A DNA stretch of 64,000 bases from Salisapilia sapeloensis CBS 127946 (Eukaryota > Protista > Oomycota), in NCBI GenBank assembly GCA_023334545.1, contig JAADVB010000038.1, positions 1 through 64,000 on the forward strand, read 5' to 3'. Shown here in pieces: positions 33,929-45,316 of the stretch. The notes beneath the pieces were generated by a model. That model was not told where the DNA came from. It ran no database searches and saw only the letters and a program-made list of their open reading frames with translations. A program made the position numbers and the translations under genes. Positions within the stretch are counted from its first letter, which is position 1, and each line of letters starts with the position of its first letter.

Positions 33929-35068
33929 TTAGGCTTGTTTGGGTTTCCGGCTGCGGCCATAGTAGACGACCGTGGTGTCCATGAAGACACCGTAGAGGAC
34001 TTGGAAGAGAACGAGGACGGGAGACAGCAGAGACTCCAAACACGTGTTGTCTCGACGCGTACCACCGTTGGCCAAGATGCGCAGGATGTAGCCTGCGGCA
34101 TCACTTGCAATCGAGTACTGACCATTCGCCATGCCTTGGATGAGCGACTCGGCCACCTTGTCAGGATGCTCTACGTCACTCGGACCCTCAATGACCATCG
34201 TCTCCTTGGGCTTGGTCTTGTTCTCCTCCGCGTACCCTGGCGAGTCGATGTTGCCAGGGATGAAGATGCGGACGTGGACGCCCTGAGGCTGCATCTCCTT
34301 GGACAGCGCCTCTGCGAAACCTCGGAGAGCGAACTTGGACATGCTGTACTGCTGGTAGCCGACGAACGAGATGATGCCAGCAGCAGAGCTGACCATGACG
34401 ACCTGTCCGCCGGCCTGGATGTGCGGCAAGGCGGCCTTGACCGTGTTGACGCAGCCGAGGTAGTTGATCTTGACGGTCGAGTGGTGGATGCTCACGTCCT
34501 GCTCTTCAAAGTACCCTGGTTTCGCCACGCCGGCGCAGCAGATCAAGTGGTCGATCGACTTTTCATGGAATCTTTGGGCGTTCTCCACGGCAGATTGGAC
34601 CGCCTCGAGGCTGCAGACGTCGCAGGACTGTGTGAAGATCGGAAGTCCGTTCGGACATGCTGACTCTAGCTCCGACTTGGCACTCTCGAGAACACTCTCC
34701 TTCCGAGAGACGATCGACACCTGATGCAGTCGTTAGATGTATCGGTAGGCTCTAGCTAGTTCGTAGGGAGAAGTACTTTGGCACCAGCGGAGAGGTATCG
34801 TTTGGCGACGGAGAGTCCAAGGCCTTGGGAGCCACCTGTAGTGTACTGGTTAGATGGTGGGTGGTGAAGGTAGAAGGGAAGGACGCACCGGTGATGAAGA
34901 CGTGCTTGTCCTGGACGTGCCATCCTGGTCGATTGCGCTTGGAGATGACGCTGGTCTATTCTCTACGGTCATATATGGATGGTGGAGTGGAAGGTGGGGA
35001 CGTACGACGACAGCTCCGACTGCTAGGACGGCGTAGAGACCCAGTGGGTAGTACCAGATCGACTCCAT
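33929..35068 (-). CDS. KDSR: 3-ketodihydrosphingosine reductase (KDSR/Tsc10), multi-exon
   Basis: N-terminal hydrophobic anchor, 'DKHVFITG', 'GGSQGLG', 'YQQYSMSKFALRG' (YxxxK), 'PGNIDSPGYAEENKTKP' and a C-terminal hydrophobic segment. Confidence 0.82.
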
Positions 35069-37965
35069 TGCTACTTGTCGCGAGGTAGGTCGGATTGTCA
35101 AGTCTGATCGTATCAATTGTTAGAGGGAACAAGTCTCCGGCACTGGAGGAGCTGTCCAGTCTACCAGCCTTTTGTTATGTACGCTAGCTTTATGGACACA
35201 GGGAATTTACTCATATGCACCACTTCTGGCTGTGGGTAAAAGTATGGTTGCCAGTTACCAAGTGCCAATAGTTAGGACAGTGCTATAAGGAATGTACTTG
35301 CCTGCACTGAGTTTGTAGACACACAGTGGCCTTGTTTGTACGAATTGTCTTTATAAAGGTTTTTGGTTCTATGAGTTTGGGCTGTTGCTTGATTGCAGCA
35401 CCATAGTGGCGCAAGTGGAGGGAATAATTTTTTGCCTCAGTCTGCTCTGGATAGGACACCATGCCCATCGATCTCGTTGTAGCACGATACAGAGATAATT
35501 GCGAGTTCATTGCAAAGTTACGCTCATCTAGATCATGCTGAGCTACCACAGAACAGTCTATCTCGATACTTATCGGAGGCTTTCTTGCATGCACATGGAA
35601 GGACGTCCTTTGGCTAATAATTGTACGAATGCCTACGCTGATATCTGTAGAGGATTCTATGTATTTACAATATCGAGAGCATATCTATCTTTCAGCAGTC
35701 GAAACCCAACTGGGATGCGGTCTTAATGGTAAAGAATCTGGCTACGCACTAGATGTCCGAAGGTCTCTTGTCATGCGAGTCATACCACTACGACAAAATG
35801 CTTGTATGTGATACCTTGCAGCGAAATGTGCTCATACGATACGATTGTACTAGAGAGACACGTTTGATTCAAATCGAATACACACGCTAACGAAACTTGG
35901 CACGAAGGATCGAGATGGCGGCACGAGTTACAGGCAGGATATGTAGACATGAGGCAACATCACACTTACTGGGACATGGTGTGCACGATAATCGAGATAG
36001 ACGATTAGACCACTTCGTGTTGCATCGATGCCAGTAACTCGAGTCGCTTTAACGTTTGCAGTAACACACGCCAAGTATCCGATCATACGGTCATCTACAC
36101 TGTTTCATCATGTTTAACATGCACACACTAGAGGTTCTTGTAAAGCAAGCACTATCGATATATAAGCTGCACCACTGGTCACGACGAGGTTTCCGATGTC
36201 GACACCCGTGAGCGCCGTTCGAATATCAATTGCATCTTCCAAACTAATCAAGCGATCGGTGCAGCTTGGAGGTAGTTCTGTCATCTTTGTTTATACGCTG
36301 GTAATATGCACAGTCATCTGAACACAGGCGAGTGCTATCCGCAGTGACGCTCCATCTAATCTTCAAGATACATCCTGGAGATGTTTCCTAATGAGTATAG
36401 ATAAAGATTCGAGCAAGACAGTCTAGACGAATGGCATACTGATGCAGTCTCCTGATCTGCAGTGTATTCTCTACGGCAGTGCATGGAAAGTGAAGGAGAG
36501 ATCTGGTAACTTGTGGCTGATCTGTTCGATAAGTGTTTATGCTACGGAACCTGATCTGTCTGTTTACTTTCTGGCTGATCCTCTCTTTCATGTGAACCGG
36601 CACACGAGCTTTTATCTGGTCAGATACATCCTGCAGAGCGAACACACGGATCCAGGTATAGGCAAGATGTGCATTACGTTCTAGCATGGAGGGTTGATGC
36701 TTGGAGAGAGCAGATTGCAGCATGCCATGCGGAATATGTATTAGAATCGGATCGGAAGCGTAAATAGACTAGTGTGACTTGCAGTGGCGTGCTGAACCTC
36801 AATACCACTCCGTTCAGAGCTGTACTAATTAGCCACGCTGTCGTAATCTCCACAAGAGTACTCGTCTATGGATGAAAGTGCGGACGTCAAGCAGGGCGTT
36901 CCAACCGCCTATACTCGTGTCCATTGTCTTTGCCTCAGTATCTTGTACCGTGTAGCCATGTAAGCAAGCTCCAATTGCGATTCCTACGATCGATGCTAGT
37001 CGTCCTATTTTCTTGCTTTTAACACGACCGAGCACGGAGCGAGATACGCTTCGACCCAGCAAGTAGCATTGCAAATGTAAAAACGTCGTACATTCCTTTT
37101 TCCCATGACGCACGTGACTACAAGATGGGCGTTTCATAGCAGACTAACTTTTGCGATGCTTTCGTGCTATCGGATTGAACTTTTCGCTGTCAATTCGTCT
37201 TGTTGTGGCGTCCGAGGCTGAAGGACCCGACGGAAAGAAGGGTAGATGGTATCGACTAGTTGGTCACGAAGCGAGTATTGGAGCACAGAAGGATAGAATG
37301 TGCCGTTAAGGTACCCCTCCTAGGTTACCATCCATATTCTTCCATACTTGTTCTAGTGAGACGCTCGTGGAGGCGTTTCCCTCCGAGCCTGTAGAGTAAA
37401 GGCACGACAGCAGAACAGGTCAAGGACGGAAGATTAGAACGAGGCAGCGGCCCCTCAGGATCGGACAATTCCACGACAGCGTGTCAATCTGGGACGTATC
37501 GGATGGCTCCATGATCTTTTTTTCTCTCTTTTCTTCTGCGTCCGCACCCAGGTGCCCCTTGCACGTCTACTAGATGTATCCTGTGTTGCCTATCTTCCCT
37601 ACTCTCGAGCGTATAAGCAGGATGATTCTGCTAGAGGACGAGCGAACAGGAGGCTGGTCGCTCGACGTATAGATCGTGGCCACAACGGGCGATGCGGCTG
37701 GGTTACCAACGGCTTGGCGCGTCATGTGCATTTCCAACCAAACGCAGTTCCTTTGGTCGCACTTGGGCTTTGTATCGGGGGAGGCCGTTGGATTGAAAAA
37801 AACGTCTCGCCTCGGTGATTTCCAACACGACGACGCGCACTGGCTCTCCATGTTGCTCACTACCACCTCCGACCTCATTTCCCCATCGCCATCTCTTGCT
37901 CCAAGTCTCTGTGCACACGCCGTGCCACGGATTCCATCGGAGTTTGAATCGATACAATAGAGACC

Positions 37966-40900
37966 ATGGCCCCCGGAACGGAACCCGCGCCGGCACAAGC
38001 CTCCTCTACACCAGCAGCTTCCGACCCGCTCCAGTGCGTCAAGTGCAGTCGGGACGTGTCCGAGTCCGACGCCTTTTGCATCTACTGCGGCACCAAAGTC
38101 AGCGTCACGCTCGCGCAGCGTCAGCAGCAGTCGGGCAAGTCCGCCAAGCCGGACATGCCACCACCAAAGCCAAAGACAGAGGCTCCGAAGAAGCCAGACA
38201 TGCCGCCGCCAAAACCCACGACAGAAGCGCCAAAGAAACCGGACATGCCGCCACCAAAACCCACGACAGAAGCGCCGAAAAAGCCAGACATTCCCCCTCC
38301 GAAACCAAAGACAGAAGCCCCCAAGAAACCGGAGGCCCCGGCCCCCAAGAAACCGGAGGCTCCTGCTCCCAAGAAGCCGGAGGCGTCCAAGCCAAAGGCC
38401 GAGACGTCTAAGAACCCGACGAGTCCTCCCAAGGCTTCAGGTGCCAAGCAGCCTCCTGCTGCGCCGTCGTCGTCCTCTTCTTCCACCAAGACGGCTCCGA
38501 CGTCTCAGGAGTCCACACGCTCTCCTCCGACGTCGTCTTCTTCGACCAAGGCCTCGGCAAAAGAGTCCAAGCCAGCTGCGTCGTCTCCGCAAGAGACCAA
38601 GCCGACAAAGACGCAGAGTGCACAGGAGCTGCGTACGCACTCGCACTCGCACTCACAATCGCGTGCCTCTCGTTCGTCTCGCGACAGCTTTGATCATTCG
38701 TACCCTGGTCTCAAGTCGAGTGAGTCTGCTCCTCCCGTTGCTCTTCTAGAGCAACTGTGGGTGCCAGACAACTTTGCGAGCGACTGCATGGACTGCGGCG
38801 TGGCGTTCGGCTGGCCAAAGCCTCGTCGCCACCACTGCCGTGTCTGCGGTCTTCTCTTTTGCCGCAACTGCGTCCAGAACAAGATGCAGATCCCGCCGTC
38901 CTTTGGCTACGGGAACAACATGCAGCGCTGCTGTCGAAACTGCATCACGGCGCTGCAGACCAAGGCGATCACGACGCCAGCGGACGTCTTTGCCCAGCGC
39001 AAGGGCGGCGCGCGTCAGATGTCTAAGTCTTCCCACTACGACCTCTTGGGCGTTGGTCAGGACGCATCGCCGGAAGAGATCAACCAGCGCTATCACGACC
39101 TGACGTCGACGATGAACCCTGAGAACAAGGACGATAAGGAGCAGATTGAGCAGATCAACCAGGCATACGAGGCGCTGCGAGACCCTTCGCAACGATCTCG
39201 CCACGACTCGGAGCTGAACCGCACGTCGTCGCAACACGAGACGCAGTTTATCTCCGAGACCGCTCGGTCGGGACAGACGGAATGCCAAGTGTGCTTCCGT
39301 CCGTTCAAGCTCGGTCGACGACAGCACCACTGTCGACGATGCACGCGCAGCGTTTGTAACCAGTGCTCGGAAGGCACTAAGGCGATCCCGGAACTCGGGT
39401 TCCCGCAGCCCGTGCGACACTGCAGCGCTTGTCTGGACAACCCGCCAAAGTTCGTCAAGCCGGTGCTCGAGGCCGTCGCCAAGCCTCCTGCTGGCTTCGA
39501 GTTCCTATCCAAGCTCGATGTCCACGTGGACGTGAAGCCGCAAAAGTCTTCCGGCCAGTCCGACGACGAGCCGTGTGAGGTGAAGCTCTTCTGCGAACCG
39601 AACGCCGACGCCGTCAAACAGGCCAACTACACGCTGACGGACTCGGACCGGCAGCTGGCGAACGAGTACTCGATCGTCCAGGCGCGGTCGTTCCCGGAGT
39701 TCGAGTGGCTCTTCCAGGCACTTGGGGAGCACACGAACATCAAGGCGCTTCCGTTTTTCCCAGAGAAACGCGTGGCCAAGTCGGAGCGGGAGAAGAAGGC
39801 GGAGCAGCTGCAGACGTTCTTATACGGCTGTCTTCTCCACCCGCTGCTTCGTGACTTGGACTGCTTGAAAGCCTTCCTCGTCCTTCCGCCAGACGAGTTC
39901 TCGACCTTCCGTCGCAATGGCGCTAAGGGCAAGTTGTACCAGAACGCCAAGTACAGTCCTTTGACCATGTCCCTCCGTCTCGAGTTCGAGAAGGCGCAGA
40001 TCCGGAGCAAAGTGGATGAGCTCAAGGAACGCGATCGCGCGCACAAGGAGCGGATGAAGGAGCAGCAGAAGCGTCTGGAGCAGCAGAAGCGTCGAGAAGA
40101 AGCGCAGAAGCAGCGTCGAGATCGTGCGGACGCTCGATACCAGGCGCTGGAGGCTCGGAAGGAGTCTCAGACGGAGCGCATGGAGAGGGAAAAGGACCGG
40201 TACGAGAAGCAGAGTGGCGCGGTCCACATCCTGTTCTTCGATACGGTGCGAGACGAAGCGGAGAGGCAGACGGAGGAGGAGTCTCGAGAGAAGGAAAAGA
40301 TCGAGTTCACCAAGAGCAAGGACTCGTTCCAGGCCGACACGGTCGAGTGGAACTCAGACATGGCGTCCTGGAGCAAGCACCGGGCGGACTGGTCGGAGCA
40401 CAACAACCCGGCCTTGTCTCGAGACATTGCCAACGCCTGGATCATGCGCTCGTACGGCGTCTACTACTCCCACCCGAGCGACACGAGTGACGTGCCCAAG
40501 GACCTGGTGGACCTCCAGTCGCAGATGGTTAAGATGCAGGAGAAGGAGCCAGAGTTCCTCGAGGCGGAAGGAGAGGCCGTGGATGACGAGTGGATGAAGC
40601 TGGCCAAGGAGCGAGAGCACTGGACGCAGGACCGGTCCAACATGAAGCGAGAGGACACCATGTGCAAGGACGAAGACGTCCGGTACGACCAGGAGCACAA
40701 CTATGTCAAGCTGGAGAAGGAGGCGAGGCAGAAGAAGGTGTCGGTCATCAACGCCGACTTGGAAGCGCTCAAGCGGACGATCGCCAACTGCGGTCGGTCC
40801 ATCGCCCAGCGTCGCACGCGTCATGAGGCACTCCAGGACGAGTACGACAACGAGTGGTGCGTCATCCAGACCAAGCGCGACACGGACACGAACGCTCGTC

Positions 40901-43266
40901 TCAAGGAGCACGACGCGCGCATTAGTCGCGGCAAGAAGCGCAGCGAGACGTTCAAGGACCAGCTCGAGCGTCAGACGAACAGCAAGCGCATGCTGCTATT
41001 CAAGCGCGCGGCGTTGACGGAGGAGCGCAAGAAGGACGTGGCGCTCTTCGGTGAGCACAAGGAGGACTGCAAGACTGCTTTGGAAGAAGCCAAGAGCGCG
41101 CGTACGGTCACGCCAGAGTACGTGTCTCGTCTGGAGGCGGACATGAAGATCCGGGCGGATGAGCTGCAGATCGTCGTCGAGAGCAACAAGCGTACGGCGC
41201 AGGAAGGCGGCGACGCCGATGTGGACGAGCGAGATGAGTTCATGAACCAAGTGCGGGAGCGTCGAAAGCAGTTCCAGCAGGAGCTGGATGATCAGAAGGC
41301 GCAGCTCGAGACCGAGAACAAGCTGTGCTCCGGTCTGCTCAAGTCGATGCATGAGTTCATCGCCAAGCTGGACAAGGAGGTGGAGAATGCCGGTAAGGAG
41401 GACGAGTTTATCAGTACGTACGACCGGGTGGTGGAGGAAGAGAAGAAGCTGGTGCAGGACGAAGAGGCCAAGCGGGAGGAGAAGAAGGCTGCAATCACGG
41501 AGCTCATGAACGACGCTGGCAACTGGGTCCTCGAGGCACTGCACGAGCACTCGAAGCGCAAGAAGCGGGAGGCCGACCGTCTGGTGAAGCAAGCGGTGCG
41601 CGCGGCGGACTTGCAGACGCTCGTGCAGCACTTTACGCACCGTGTGATCGAGCAAGAGGAGCGCATCATGCGACAGAAGCAGCGCATCCTGAACGGCGAG
41701 CACAAGGTCGAGATGCTCAAGAGCTCCGAGAACTGGTACCAGTACGTGACGGGGCACAGTCCGGATTTGAGCAAGAAGGACTACAAGGTGATGGAGGCAG
41801 GGCAGACGCAGCGTCAGACGGACCTCAAGGAGGCGAGTCGGCTTCAGAAGGAGGACGGGAACGACAAGGGCGGCGTTGACAAGGAGCTCGGGACGAGTCG
41901 AGACGTGTCGAAAGAGAAGGAGGAGAAGCGCAACGTCTGGGCCCAAGTGGAGGACGTGTATGCGCAGGAGAAGCCGCAGGAGAAGGACGAGGACATGATG
42001 ATGACGAGTCAGATCCGGGGTCTGCTCCAGCAGCTCGGCGAGGCGTTCGAGATGCTGACCAACCGTCTGATGGAGGAAGAGGACTCGCTGACGCACGCCA
42101 TCTCGCAGCTGGACGGAGAAGTCGAGAGCATCCACGCGTTCATGGAGCGCATGGAAAGCGAGGAGAACGCGCTTTGCACGACGGAGAAGAACTCTCTCTC
42201 CAAGGAATCCCAAGTCCGGCATAACGAGAGCGACTTGATCGAGCAGCGCGCTCGTGCGCTCATCGACAGCTACAAGCAGATGCAAAAGGAGCATTCCAAG
42301 TACCCTGTGGAGCTGGAGAAGATCAAGAGTCAGCGAAACGAACGCGAGAAGCCGGTGGTTCCGCGAGACGGAGAGGTGGAAGCGGCCAAGAAGATGATGC
42401 AGGGACGCAACTACTACGACAAGAAGGCTTGCGCCGAGTTTGTCAAGAAGTTCAAGGCCGAAGGAGACTTAAAGGACGCGCGATCGGTCCTCGAGTGGCT
42501 CAAGCTCGTGGTCGACACGGACATTAAGCGCGACGAAAAGTGGCTGGACGCGTCTCGGAAGGAGCGCAAGGCCATGGAAGCGCTCAAGGTCAAGGGCCTC
42601 GAGGTCGATTGGGACCAAGACCTCTTGGCGCGTATCCCGGCCGTCAAGAACGTCAAGGCCAAGCTCTTGGCGCACTCGAACAAGGCAGAGGCCGCCAAGA
42701 ACGACATCCATCCGAGTGAGCAGTGGATCGTCGACCTGATCACGCTGCGCAAGAGCATCGAGGACATCGACTCGGGGCTGCTCAAGAGCGTCGACCAGGC
42801 GACGGCGAGCGCGAGCGAAGAGGAGAAGACCGTCCAAGGACACTTGCACACGATCAAGGACCACAAGGAGTTCATCCTCAACAGCCTCCGCTTCATCGAC
42901 CAGGAGGAGGCCAAGGCCGTCCGGTCCACCGGCAAGGGCATGGTCAACGGCCGTCGCACGCCGACCGACTCGGAGAACGGCTCGCTCCTCCAGAATGACG
43001 ACACGCCTCGAGGAAGCAAGCAGGAGGCTTCTCGCGTCTCGTCCAACTCGAACAAGGACAGAGCGTCCAACTCGAGCAAGGACAAGGCGACGACGCCCAA
43101 GCCATCGCCCAAGGACAAGGCGCCCAAGGACAAAGCGCCGGCGGCGTCGCCCAAGGACAAACCGACCAAGGAAAAAGAGGTGAAGCCTCGCGGCCCAGCG
43201 CCCAAGCCGGAGGAGAAAACGCCTGCCAAGGCTGCGCGCAAGGAGGTGCTGTCGGAAGAGTTCTAA
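37966..43266 (+). CDS. 1766-aa protein: zinc ribbon, Pro/Lys repeats, FYVE, J-like, FYVE, PX-like and a long coiled coil
   Basis: 'CVKC...CIYC'; 'WVPD..CMDC..RRHHCRVCG'; 'HYDLLGV..AS.EEI..Y...INQAYEALRDP'; 'CQVC..RRQHHCRRC'; 'RSFPEFEWL..LPFFPEK'; about 1000 aa of E/K/R/Q-rich heptads. Confidence 0.85.
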   Translation: MAPGTEPAPAQASSTPAASDPLQCVKCSRDVSESDAFCIYCGTKVSVTLAQRQQQSGKSAKPDMPPPKPKTEAPKKPDMPPPKPTTEAPKKPDMPPPKPTTEAPKKPDIPPPKPKTEAPKKPEAPAPKKPEAPAPKKPEASKPKAETSKNPTSPPKASGAKQPPAAPSSSSSSTKTAPTSQESTRSPPTSSSSTKASAKESKPAASSPQETKPTKTQSAQELRTHSHSHSQSRASRSSRDSFDHSYPGLKSSESAPPVALLEQLWVPDNFASDCMDCGVAFGWPKPRRHHCRVCGLLFCRNCVQNKMQIPPSFGYGNNMQRCCRNCITALQTKAITTPADVFAQRKGGARQMSKSSHYDLLGVGQDASPEEINQRYHDLTSTMNPENKDDKEQIEQINQAYEALRDPSQRSRHDSELNRTSSQHETQFISETARSGQTECQVCFRPFKLGRRQHHCRRCTRSVCNQCSEGTKAIPELGFPQPVRHCSACLDNPPKFVKPVLEAVAKPPAGFEFLSKLDVHVDVKPQKSSGQSDDEPCEVKLFCEPNADAVKQANYTLTDSDRQLANEYSIVQARSFPEFEWLFQALGEHTNIKALPFFPEKRVAKSEREKKAEQLQTFLYGCLLHPLLRDLDCLKAFLVLPPDEFSTFRRNGAKGKLYQNAKYSPLTMSLRLEFEKAQIRSKVDELKERDRAHKERMKEQQKRLEQQKRREEAQKQRRDRADARYQALEARKESQTERMEREKDRYEKQSGAVHILFFDTVRDEAERQTEEESREKEKIEFTKSKDSFQADTVEWNSDMASWSKHRADWSEHNNPALSRDIANAWIMRSYGVYYSHPSDTSDVPKDLVDLQSQMVKMQEKEPEFLEAEGEAVDDEWMKLAKEREHWTQDRSNMKREDTMCKDEDVRYDQEHNYVKLEKEARQKKVSVINADLEALKRTIANCGRSIAQRRTRHEALQDEYDNEWCVIQTKRDTDTNARLKEHDARISRGKKRSETFKDQLERQTNSKRMLLFKRAALTEERKKDVALFGEHKEDCKTALEEAKSARTVTPEYVSRLEADMKIRADELQIVVESNKRTAQEGGDADVDERDEFMNQVRERRKQFQQELDDQKAQLETENKLCSGLLKSMHEFIAKLDKEVENAGKEDEFISTYDRVVEEEKKLVQDEEAKREEKKAAITELMNDAGNWVLEALHEHSKRKKREADRLVKQAVRAADLQTLVQHFTHRVIEQEERIMRQKQRILNGEHKVEMLKSSENWYQYVTGHSPDLSKKDYKVMEAGQTQRQTDLKEASRLQKEDGNDKGGVDKELGTSRDVSKEKEEKRNVWAQVEDVYAQEKPQEKDEDMMMTSQIRGLLQQLGEAFEMLTNRLMEEEDSLTHAISQLDGEVESIHAFMERMESEENALCTTEKNSLSKESQVRHNESDLIEQRARALIDSYKQMQKEHSKYPVELEKIKSQRNEREKPVVPRDGEVEAAKKMMQGRNYYDKKACAEFVKKFKAEGDLKDARSVLEWLKLVVDTDIKRDEKWLDASRKERKAMEALKVKGLEVDWDQDLLARIPAVKNVKAKLLAHSNKAEAAKNDIHPSEQWIVDLITLRKSIEDIDSGLLKSVDQATASASEEEKTVQGHLHTIKDHKEFILNSLRFIDQEEAKAVRSTGKGMVNGRRTPTDSENGSLLQNDDTPRGSKQEASRVSSNSNKDRASNSSKDKATTPKPSPKDKAPKDKAPAASPKDKPTKEKEVKPRGPAPKPEEKTPAKAARKEVLSEEF
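38146..38397 (+). repeat. Coding tandem repeat: four 45-bp units (KPD[M/I]PPPKP[K/T]TEAPK) then three 24-bp units (KPEAPAPK-like)
   Basis: Visible directly in the translation. Synonymous positions differ between the units. Confidence 0.9.
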
Positions 43267-43584
43267 TTGTCAGTTGGCGTGTGCTACGAGGGACTAGATG
43301 CGCACGAAAGGAAGTGTTTGTCGACCATGCCCCGCCCCTTCTTTTGATTTGATTTACATTTTGCATCCCATTTTGCCTGTGAATATGGGTCCTAGTGACT
43401 ACTCGAGCTTCCATCGGAACGAGCTCGAGGATGGTCGCTCGAAATGAAGCAGCAGCGACGCGCTTCTTAATAAAAGAAAATTTCAAACCTTTATCCTTTT
43501 CTTTTTCTTTGGACAACGAGTAGCGCATCTGCTCTCGAGGTGCATTCACCATCCTCCCGTACGCCTTCGACTGCTCACAAAGGA

Positions 43585-44707
43585 ATGGATTCGGCGGCGT
43601 ATATCGCTCCGGCAGTCGTTGTCGGTCTCTGTGTCTACTCAGTCCTATGGACGCTAATCACGGCGCCAGGCTTTCGTGTCAAGGACAAGCATGTCTTCAT
43701 CTCCGGTACGTCCTCCTGTCTGTTGTTTACGACAAAGCCCTCATGCACATCTAGGTGGGACCAAAGGCACTGGTCTAGCCATTGCCAAGAAGTATGCTGC
43801 CTCGGGAGCTAAAGTACGCTTTCCATTAACTATTGTGTCGACTATTATCTAACACGCACTAGCTGTCGCTCGTCGGTCGCTCCATGGATAGACTCCAAGC
43901 GGCTGAAAGTGCCATCAAGGAAAAGTGTGGCGACAAGGTTTCCATCTTCCTAAAGCAGTGCGACGTCTCGGCGTACGAGCAAGTGGAAGAAGCCGTGGCG
44001 GAGGCCAACGACTTTCACGCTCGAGCGCCCGACCACGTCGTCTGTGCCGTCACGCCTCGTCCTGCTGGCTTCTTCCTCTCCCAGCCGATCGAAACGCACT
44101 ATGACGCACTCAACACGGGTCTCTTTGGCGCTTTGCACCTTGTCAAGGCAGCTCTTCCGTCCATGATTGAAGCGAAAAACAAGGGAAGAGTAGTATTCGT
44201 CAGCTCTGCGGAGGCCTTCATGCTGCCCATTGGATCCACAGCCATGAGTGGAGCGCTATGTGGCATCCGTGGACTCGCAGAAGGTCTGCGCAACGAACTC
44301 AAGCTGTACGGCATGCGCGTTTCGATCTTTTACCCTGGCTCGTGCCCGCCGTCTCTCGTGGGCAACAAAAAGAATGACGACTACCAGGCCATCAATGACA
44401 AAGTAGACGTCAAGCAGGACGATGCAAACGCCCAGACGCTCGTCAATGGTCTTCGCTTAGGTTTGCTCTTGCTCTTTATCCTTTGTGAGATAGAGCATTT
44501 ACTTATTACGCGATGGATGCAGGTCACTTTGCCATCACGACGACTTGGCAGGGCTGGATGGCTCGCATGGTTGCGAACGGAGTGGCTCCGAGGATCAACA
44601 CGCCACTGGAAACCTTGCTGCTTCCGTTTGCATTCCCGATCCAGTCCTGGTACACCTCTCGTATGGCTTCTCATGCGTCCTTGGAGCCTACTCTCACCAA
44701 GCAGTAA
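43585..44707 (+). CDS. KDSR-like SDR paralog lacking the catalytic Tyr and Lys; three introns
   Basis: TM anchor, 'KDKHVFISG|GTKGTGLAIA' and the same layout as the KDSR gene at 33929-35068, but YSMSK is replaced by MSGAL. Confidence 0.78.
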
Positions 44708-45316
44708 GTTTTGATGCTGGACCGCAATGCACGCGTCTTGCCTATGCTTGAGTCTTTTGACTTTCTTTACATAATTTTTCGGTCTTCTTTGCTATCCTCC
44801 TATCAGCGCAATGAACATACCTCCCAGAGATACGAACTAGAGCTTTGAACTCTTGGTAGTAGTATTCACCACGATATGGAAGATGATAGCTGCAGCAACA
44901 AACGAAACGAATACACTTTCTTTAGCACGTTTCAAGACAATTTACGGTTCGAACTGGAGTTGATATGTCTAATCATGTCTTTCACATGCACTTGCATTGC
45001 TCTTGTTCTGTTCATAGAGCATTGCCAGTCCATCTTTCCACACAGCAAACGTCACATACAGAATTTGTTGAAATGAATACTAGATACTAGATGCGGCAGT
45101 CTAAAGTATTCATTTCTTCCGCACGAAACAATGCTACTCTTTTCTTCCGCAACAGGAATTTCTTGCATCCTTGCGTTCGACTACAATGAACTATAGTAGA
45201 TAGGCAATTTAATATTCCTTTTAGATATTCCAATACGAACTATCTTCAGTCGTAACCACGGACAGAAATACACACGAATTTCGTACCAGCACTTTCACCT
45301 GACTAGTCATAGATTC

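Noticed and set aside
37420-37480. Loose resemblance to U6 snRNA (GAAGATTAG...GGCCCCT...AGGAT)
   Set aside because: The invariant ACAGAGA box is absent and the spacing is wrong for such a conserved RNA. Probably chance.
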